Source: Opitutia bacterium (lineage in GTDB: Bacteria; Verrucomicrobiota; Verrucomicrobiia; Opitutales; T3Sed10-336). Taken from it: a DNA stretch of 64,000 nt. Location: positions 32,001-96,000 of the forward strand of contig JBJHCF010000005.1 in the NCBI GenBank assembly GCA_050506795.1. Reading direction: 5' to 3'. The translations under genes were made by a program, and so were the position numbers. Position 1 is the first letter of the stretch. Every line of letters begins with the position of its first letter. A model generated the notes under the pieces. That model worked only from the letters and a program-made list of their open reading frames with translations. It was not told where the DNA came from and did no database searches. Shown piece after piece: positions 57,956-64,000 of the stretch.

Positions 57956-59086
57956 ATGAGCGAGATTTTCCTGATCAACGAAGGCGAAACCCTGGTTCCT
58001 CTGAGACAGAAGGCGTACGACTCGGAGGATCTGCTTCAGACGCTATTGGAGAAGTATCCGAGTCTGCTGGCTGGGGACCAGGTTAATCTGAAGGCGCCGC
58101 GGAGGTGGTTGCTGGTGAAGCGTGAGGCGGCTGTGCCGGGGGAGGAGAAGGGGAGCGGTCGTTGGTCGTTGGACCATTTGTTCCTAGATCAAGAGGGCGT
58201 GCCGACGCTGGTGGAGGTGAAGCGTAGCACTGACACACGGATTCGCCGGGAGGTGGTCGGGCAGTTGCTCGATTACGCCGCCAACGGCGTCAAATACTGG
58301 CCGGTGGAATCGCTCAGGGCATTCTTTGAGCAAACCTGTGAGACGAATGGCACGGAGCCGGCGAGCGTCATTGCCGAGTTGACTGGAAACGATGATGAGG
58401 AGGAGTTTTGGAGGAGCGTGAAGACGAATCTTCAGGCTGGACGAATCCGCATGATTTTCGTCGCTGATGAAATCCCTGATGAGTTGCGCCGTGTGATCGA
58501 GTTTCTCAACGAGCAAATGGACCCGGCGGAAGTGCTCGGGGTTGAAATCAAACAGTTCGCGAACGACACGATTAAAACGCTCGTTCCCCGGCTGATCGGA
58601 TTAACCGCCAATGCGGAGGACCGGAAAACGAGTGGGGGCGGCCGGTCCAGACGGAAATGGGACGAAGACTCGTTTATCGCCTTTCTTGAAGAGATGGGTG
58701 CCGAGGCGGCGGTTCCCACAACAAAGGCGATTCTGGAGTGGGCGGCTGAGAGAGGGCTTCGAATCGCCTGGGGGAGCGGCCCCTCAAATGGATCCTTCTT
58801 CGTGATGTTCGACCGGAAGGGATTTAACTACTACACCTTTGCCGTTTTCACCGGCTACCGGAACCCCTACGTGCAGTTTCAGTTTCAGATGCAAGGTAAT
58901 CAGGTGTCACACGAGCAGCTTCTCGCATTGGTCGACCGGCTGAACCGAATTCCCGGAGTGACGATCACCGAGTCCGATCTCAACAAATACCCCTCCACCC
59001 ATCTGAGCCATCTTGGCGACGAAGAGAATAGGAAGCACTTCCTGGAAGCGTGGGAGTGGTATGTCTCCGAGATTGAGCGAGAGTGA
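57956..59086 (+). CDS. PD-(D/E)XK endonuclease (NucS-like N-domain) with an unknown C-terminal domain
   Basis: SEDLLQ..E...SLDHLFLD...LVEVKR...REVVGQLLDYAA. Confidence 0.75.
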   Translation: MSEIFLINEGETLVPLRQKAYDSEDLLQTLLEKYPSLLAGDQVNLKAPRRWLLVKREAAVPGEEKGSGRWSLDHLFLDQEGVPTLVEVKRSTDTRIRREVVGQLLDYAANGVKYWPVESLRAFFEQTCETNGTEPASVIAELTGNDDEEEFWRSVKTNLQAGRIRMIFVADEIPDELRRVIEFLNEQMDPAEVLGVEIKQFANDTIKTLVPRLIGLTANAEDRKTSGGGRSRRKWDEDSFIAFLEEMGAEAAVPTTKAILEWAAERGLRIAWGSGPSNGSFFVMFDRKGFNYYTFAVFTGYRNPYVQFQFQMQGNQVSHEQLLALVDRLNRIPGVTITESDLNKYPSTHLSHLGDEENRKHFLEAWEWYVSEIERE

Positions 59087-59197
59087 AAACAAGGGCGATT
59101 TGGGGTCTTTGTTACCGGCTTGCTTGGCACACAAGTGGCCATGTTCGTGGGCTGTTTCGGCGGCGTCTTTCACTCGGCCAAGTGGTGACCGGTAAAA

Positions 59198-59677
59198 TTA
59201 CTTTTCCTGAAGCAAACACACCGCGTAGGCGGCGACGGCTTCGCGGCGGCCGGTGGCGTCGACTCCTTCGTTGGTGGTGGCTTTGACTCCCACCTGCTGT
59301 GGGGTGATTCCCATGGATTCCGCCAGGCGGGCGATCATCCGGTCGCGGAATTGGCCAATGCGGGGGGCTTCCGCCACGATGGTGGAGTCCACGTTGACGA
59401 TGGAGAATCCTTCCTCGGCGATCAATTTGGTCACGCGGCGCAGCAGATCCTGCGAGTCGATATCGCGAAAGGCCTCGTCGCTTGGGGGAAAATAATGGCC
59501 GATGTCGGGCAGGCCGGCCGCACCGAGCAGGGCGTCGCAAATGGCGTGCGTCAGGCAGTCCGCATCCGAGTGTCCGAGCAATCCCCGGTCGTGCGGGATT
59601 TCGACTCCGCCGAGGACGAATCGCCGGCCTTCAGCCAGGACGTGCAGATCGTAGCCATGTCCAACGCGCAGATTCAT
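59198..59677 (-). CDS. ispF: 2-C-methyl-D-erythritol 2,4-cyclodiphosphate synthase
   Basis: VGHGYDLH, GHSDAD, DIGHYFP, KATTNE. Confidence 0.96.
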   Translation of the reverse strand: MNLRVGHGYDLHVLAEGRRFVLGGVEIPHDRGLLGHSDADCLTHAICDALLGAAGLPDIGHYFPPSDEAFRDIDSQDLLRRVTKLIAEEGFSIVNVDSTIVAEAPRIGQFRDRMIARLAESMGITPQQVGVKATTNEGVDATGRREAVAAYAVCLLQEK

Positions 59678-59751
59678 AAAGGCCGCATCATGAGCGGTCC
59701 CCGGGATGGCGGCAAGCACTCGCTGTCAATATTGCCGGCCCGGTTCGAGTT

Positions 59752-59781
59752 AATAATTTGCCAGGCAAAATAGTGTTGACA
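59752..59781. promoter_or_regulatory. Palindromic motif, copy 2: AATAATTTGCCAGGCAAAATAGTGTTGACA
   Basis: 27/30 identical to 27875-27904. Confidence 0.55.
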
Positions 59782-59792
59782 CTAGGAGTTAG

Positions 59793-60005
59793 GGCGAACC
59801 GCACTCGGTTAAGGCGGTTTATCGATTGATTAAACCTAATCGAGACGGGATCACGCTTCCCTTTCCTGGAGGGCGGCGCTCCCGCGCCGCCGGTGTGCGG
59901 GCAAGATGCCCGCGCGGCCATGCGGGAGCATGTCCCTCCAGGGGAAGAGCCGATGCGATTCGGCTAAGCTTCTTCGATCAACTCCTTAACCGAGCTCCAT
60001 TCGGG
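59793..60005. other. About 210-nt rod-like structured element (candidate 6S-like ncRNA or MITE with internal REP)
   Basis: CTCGGTTAAGG/CCTTAACCGAG outer stem, several nested stems, CCTGGAGGG/CCCTCCAGG inner stem; flanked by direct repeat GTTAGGGCG. Confidence 0.6.
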
Positions 60006-60042
60006 TTAGGGCGTGGGTCGCGGCGGCGGACAAATGGGCTTA

Positions 60043-60780
60043 TCATCCTGGCGTTTCCAGCAGGAAGCGCAGGTAGGGAAGGTCGCGGGGGGTGGTGAGT
60101 TTGGGGTTGGGGTGGCGGTTTTCGAGCAGAGATATGGGGTGGCCGAGTGCGGTTACGGCGGCCAGGTCATCGGTGAGCGGCAGGTTTTTTTCCCGAGCTT
60201 GCTGGTAGGCATGGTTGATGAGGTCGCGTTGGAAAACCTGAGGGGTTTCCGTCGCCCAAAGCCGGTCGCGCTCGAGGTCCACGGGATGGAGGTGTTCGGG
60301 CTGTTTGACGGGTGTCTCGACTTGTTTGATGGTGTCGGTGACCCGGCGAGCGAGCCCGACGGCCCCGTCGCGCAGGGCCAGGCGAGTGAGTTTTTCCAGA
60401 TTATCCCGGTAGACCAATGGCCGCGCCAGGTCGTGGATAAACACCAGACGGGCCTTGCCGGGAACGGCCCGGAGTCCGTGCGCTACGGAATCGCGGCGGG
60501 TCTCGCCGCCAACGGCCCAGCGCAGGCGTCCGGTATCCTGGGTAAGGTCTTCGGGCAACGCTTCTTCGATCCTGGTTTTCTGGGCCTGGTCACGGTGGAC
60601 CAAAACAATCCATCGTACCGGGAGGTATCGGGCGAATACGTCGAGGGCGTAGCGAAATAGCGGGAGGCCGTGAATCGGTTCCAGGACCTTGTCGGAAAAG
60701 CTGTTTCCCATCCTGAGCCCCCGGCCTCCGGCGAGCAGGATGACCGCATCCCGGGCCGGCTCGATGGAAGGCGTCGTCAA
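60043..60780 (-). CDS. ispD: 2-C-methyl-D-erythritol 4-phosphate cytidylyltransferase
   Basis: LLAGGRGLRMG, GGETRRDSV, IHDLARP, ETPQVF, NPKLTTPRDL. Confidence 0.93.
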   Translation of the reverse strand: MTTPSIEPARDAVILLAGGRGLRMGNSFSDKVLEPIHGLPLFRYALDVFARYLPVRWIVLVHRDQAQKTRIEEALPEDLTQDTGRLRWAVGGETRRDSVAHGLRAVPGKARLVFIHDLARPLVYRDNLEKLTRLALRDGAVGLARRVTDTIKQVETPVKQPEHLHPVDLERDRLWATETPQVFQRDLINHAYQQAREKNLPLTDDLAAVTALGHPISLLENRHPNPKLTTPRDLPYLRFLLETPG

Positions 60781-61466
60781 CTGAGTTCCTCCTGGATGGC
60801 GGCCAGAACCTCAGCCGGGCGAGAGGCCCGCAAAAGGGGGCGGCCGACGACGATATAGTTTGCTCCCGCCCGACCGGCGTCCGCCGGAGAGGTGACTCGT
60901 TTCTGTTCGTCGGTTTCCGTCCCGCCGGGGCGAACGCCCGGAGTGACCAGAAGGGCTTCGTTGCCCAATTCCTGGCGAAGCATGGCCGTTTCCAGCGGTG
61001 AGCAGACGAATCCCTTGATGCCGTTTTCCGCGGCCATACGGGCGAGCCGGCGAACCTGTTCCCGCGGCGTACGGTCGAAGCCGATGGCGCGCATTTCGTG
61101 GTCGTCGAGCGAAGTCAGGACGGTTACCGCCAGCAGACGAAGGCCCGAAGTCTGTTCGCGACAGGCCTGTTCCGCCTGCCGTAGCATTTCGGGCCCGCCC
61201 GAAGCATGCACGGTCAGAAGCTGGATGGGGAGGTTGCCCAGCGATTGAATCGCCCTGGCCACGGTGTTGGGAATGTCGTGCAGTTTGAGATCGAGAAAAA
61301 CCGAGTAACCTTTGGCGGCCACCTCTTCCACCAGGGCGGGACCGTAGCGGGTGAAAAGCTGGAGGCCGATCTTGACCCACTTCAGATCCGGTCCGATACG
61401 GTCCAGAACGGAAAATGCTTCATCGCGGGAAGGGACATCAAGGGCCAGTATGACTTCAGTTTTCAT
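60777..61466 (-). CDS. pyrF: Orotidine-5'-phosphate decarboxylase
   Basis: ILALD, FLDLKLHDIPNTV, TPGVRP, VVGRP. Confidence 0.97.
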   Translation of the reverse strand: MKTEVILALDVPSRDEAFSVLDRIGPDLKWVKIGLQLFTRYGPALVEEVAAKGYSVFLDLKLHDIPNTVARAIQSLGNLPIQLLTVHASGGPEMLRQAEQACREQTSGLRLLAVTVLTSLDDHEMRAIGFDRTPREQVRRLARMAAENGIKGFVCSPLETAMLRQELGNEALLVTPGVRPGGTETDEQKRVTSPADAGRAGANYIVVGRPLLRASRPAEVLAAIQEELS

Positions 61467-61660
61467 TGTCTCAGGTGTTGGGCTCGGTTGCGCGGTAAAT
61501 GGTTCAAGCCATTATCCCATTCATATTCGGAGGCAGGTCAAGTGTGCGGGTCCGGGGAAGCGACCCGGTCCGGGGTCGAATTAATCCGGTCGCGAGATGT
61601 GTCGAAGCCGTGGCCCCGGAGGCGCGGTTCACGGCTTTGATCCGCGTTTCTCAGTGAGGA

Positions 61661-61688
61661 ATCTCAAATTTGAAATTCTAGATCTGAA
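61661..61688 (+). repeat. Heptamer repeat ATCTCAA ATTTGAA ATTCTAG ATCTGAA, flanked by two hairpins
   Basis: Read directly; hairpins AAGCCGTG..CACGGCTT and GCTTTTTCA..TGAAAAAGC on either side. Confidence 0.6.
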
Positions 61689-61798
61689 ATGCTTTTTCAT
61701 ACGGCCTTCAGAGGCCCAGTGAAAAAGCCGCGGGCGGGGATTGGATTTTGATGAGTTTGGTGGACTTGTCCGGTGCAAGGTTCTAAAAGAAGCGCGTT

Positions 61799-63343
61799 AT
61801 GGAAAAATACGCACTTCTCTCCGTCAGCGACAAACGCGGCCTGGTGGAATTCGCTTCCGCTTTGGTGGAAACGTTTGGCTACCGGCTGCTCTCCACCGGA
61901 GGAACCGCCCGTTTGCTGCGGGAAAAGGGCTTGCCGGTGCAGGAGGTGAGCGAGCATACCGGCGCCCCCGAGATCATGGACGGGCGGGTGAAAACCTTGC
62001 ATCCCAAGATTCACGGGGGCCTTTTGTGTCGGCGGAGCGACGAGCGTCACCGCAAAGAGGCGGAGGAAAACGGTATTTCCATGATCGACCTGGTGGTGGT
62101 GAACCTTTACCCGTTCGAGGAAACGGTGGCCCGGTCGGGCGTCACCTGGGACGAGGCCATCGAGAACATCGACATCGGAGGCCCGTCCATGCTGCGCAGC
62201 GCGGCGAAGAACCATGAAAGCGTGATGGTGCTCTGCGATCCCGAAGACTACCCGCGGGCTTTGGCGGCGTTCGAAGGGGGCGAGGATCTGGGCGCCTTGC
62301 GGCGGGATCTGGCCCGCAAGGTTTTTGAGCGAACGGCTTCCTATGACCGGGCGATCGCCGAGTATTTTTCCAGGGAGAACGGCACCCCGGATCTGGGCGA
62401 GGTGGCCGGCTTTCCGTCGCGATTGGAACTGGCTCTTCCCAAAGCGGCCGACCTGCGCTATGGCGAAAACCCGCATCAAAAGGCCGCCCTTTACGGCCGG
62501 TTTTTCGAGCATTTCGAGCAGCTTCAGGGCAAGGAGCTCAGCTATAACAACATCATCGATATCACGGCCGCGGTTCACCTTATCGGGGAGTTCCAGCCTC
62601 CGACCGTGGCGATTCTCAAGCACACCAATCCCTGCGGCGTAGCCAGCGCCGGATCGTTGGCCGAAGCCTGGGATCAGGCTTACGCGACCGACCGGCAGGC
62701 GCCGTTCGGCGGGATTATCGCGGTAAACCAGACCGTCGACGCCGCCCTGGCGGAAAAAATCAGCGAGATATTCTCGGAGGTGATCATCGCCCCGGGCTTT
62801 TCACCCGAGGCGAGGGAACGCTTCGGTAAAAAGAAGAACCTGCGCCTGATGGTGGCTCGCGGCGGGATTGGCGGCGAGGCTTTGTTCGAGATACGCAGCG
62901 TGATCGGCGGTGTATTGATGCAGGATGCCGACCTGCAGCCGATGGGAGGGGATTTCCAGGTGGTGACCCGGCGTCAGCCGACGGAAGAAGAGTGGAAGGC
63001 GCTGCATTTTGGCTGGAAGGTAGTCAAACACGTTAAATCCAACGCCATCGTGTACGCCGCGGCGGAACGCACCCTGGGGGTGGGCGCCGGGCAGATGTCG
63101 CGGGTGGACAGTTCCAAGATCGCGGTTTGGAAGGCGGGGGAAGCCGGGTTGTCCCTGGATGGGTCGGTGGTGGCCTCCGACGCCTTTTTCCCATTCCCGG
63201 ACGGCTTGATCGCGGCCGCCGAGGCCGGTTCCACCGCGGCCATTCAGCCCGGCGGGTCCAAGCGTGACAACGAAGTCATCGCGGCGGCGGACGAAAGAGG
63301 GGTGGCGATGGTGTTCACGGGGAAACGGCATTTCCGTCATTGA
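61799..63343 (+). CDS. purH: Bifunctional AICAR transformylase / IMP cyclohydrolase
   Basis: [44 protein letters not shown]. Confidence 0.98.
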   Translation: MEKYALLSVSDKRGLVEFASALVETFGYRLLSTGGTARLLREKGLPVQEVSEHTGAPEIMDGRVKTLHPKIHGGLLCRRSDERHRKEAEENGISMIDLVVVNLYPFEETVARSGVTWDEAIENIDIGGPSMLRSAAKNHESVMVLCDPEDYPRALAAFEGGEDLGALRRDLARKVFERTASYDRAIAEYFSRENGTPDLGEVAGFPSRLELALPKAADLRYGENPHQKAALYGRFFEHFEQLQGKELSYNNIIDITAAVHLIGEFQPPTVAILKHTNPCGVASAGSLAEAWDQAYATDRQAPFGGIIAVNQTVDAALAEKISEIFSEVIIAPGFSPEARERFGKKKNLRLMVARGGIGGEALFEIRSVIGGVLMQDADLQPMGGDFQVVTRRQPTEEEWKALHFGWKVVKHVKSNAIVYAAAERTLGVGAGQMSRVDSSKIAVWKAGEAGLSLDGSVVASDAFFPFPDGLIAAAEAGSTAAIQPGGSKRDNEVIAAADERGVAMVFTGKRHFRH

Positions 63344-63363
63344 GCCCGGCAATCGCAGCCGGG

Positions 63364-63843
63364 TCAGTAGTCGACCCGCTGCGGATTGTTGATCCAGGCA
63401 TGGAAGGCTCGCAGGCCCGACTCGCGACTGAGTTCGCTCCAGGCGATGTCGCGTTCGGGCCAGTCGAGTTTGATTTCCCGAAGGATCTTTGAGTCGTCGA
63501 ATCCCGCCTGTGAGGCATCCTCGGCGCGACAGGCAAAAACGACTCGATCCAAACGCGCCCAGTAAATCGCGGCCAGGCACATGGGGCAGGGCTCACAGCT
63601 GCTGTAGAGTGTGCAGCCCGACAACAGGTGAGTATCGAGTGTCCGGCAGGCGTCGCGGATGGCGCTGATTTCCGCGTGGGCGCTGGGATCCCGGCCGGCG
63701 ACCACTTGATTCCAGCCCTCGCTCACCACGGTTCCATCGCGCACGACGACCGCGCCAAAGGGACCGTGTACTCCGTCCGAGGAATGTTGAATCGCGAGGT
63801 TGATGGCGTGTTCGAGAAATCGTTGGTCAGGAGTTGATGGCAT
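63364..63843 (-). CDS. Nucleoside/guanine deaminase (CDA fold)
   Basis: GPFGAVVV, HAE, SCEPCPMC, GFDD. Confidence 0.9.
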   Translation of the reverse strand: MPSTPDQRFLEHAINLAIQHSSDGVHGPFGAVVVRDGTVVSEGWNQVVAGRDPSAHAEISAIRDACRTLDTHLLSGCTLYSSCEPCPMCLAAIYWARLDRVVFACRAEDASQAGFDDSKILREIKLDWPERDIAWSELSRESGLRAFHAWINNPQRVDY

Positions 63844-63885
63844 AGGACGGTGATCGATCAGCTGCGTTGCCTGTCGGGGCGCGGA

Positions 63886-64000
63886 TTACTCCGCGTGTTC
63901 TTCGTGGACGAGAGGGAGTTGCAGGCGTATCGAGGTTCCGGAGGCGTCGGACCGGAGGACTTCGATGCTGCCATGGTGGCTGTCGACGATACGTTTGACG
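63886..64000 (-). CDS. C-terminus of a sensor histidine kinase (partial)
   Basis: VKRIVDSHHGSIEV...GTSIRLQLP*. Confidence 0.8.
   Translation of the reverse strand, partial: VKRIVDSHHGSIEVLRSDASGTSIRLQLPLVHEEHAE

Noticed and set aside
59087..59197. attR (duplicated tRNA 3' end) closing the defence island
   Set aside because: No match to the tRNA-Arg 3' sequence seen; only an imperfect hairpin
61560..61798. ZMP/ZTP riboswitch upstream of purH
   Set aside because: Conserved GACTGGCG...CGCCTGGGC elements not found

Overview
GC-rich bacterial chromosomal segment. Gene content and order (ileS-dksA-lspA, dnaK-groES-groEL, small stand-alone AraC gene, RAYT-type remnants) suggest the PVC superphylum, probably Verrucomicrobia/Opitutae; this is inference. 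Most of the window is housekeeping: rhaB, lhgO, the psp operon with pspF, phoBR, an RND pump, nadA, fur, priA, an ABC transporter, chaperones, radC, ileS, mutL, clpP, tRNA-Arg(CCT), ispDF, pyrF and purH. Two accessory regions stand out. (1) About 16.8-25.5 kb: a decaying island with RAYT-like transposase remnants, a GT-C-like membrane protein, a cassette of AraC pseudogene, 3x19-bp repeat, MauE-like gene, anchored exported protein and 10-Cys secreted protein, plus VapBC and AbiEii-type toxin-antitoxin pairs. (2) About 49.3-59.1 kb, downstream of tRNA-Arg: a type I restriction-modification locus with an embedded toxin-antitoxin pair, followed by a coupled ABC-ATPase / TOPRIM-like / PD-(D/E)XK nuclease trio (candidate defence module). 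Other notable signals are a ~210-nt rod-like structured element between ispD and ispF, a 30-bp palindromic motif present twice 32 kb apart, a MutL lacking its zinc-binding endonuclease residues, and a sigma54-type promoter on dnaK. All family calls come from motif recognition by eye; no searches were run.
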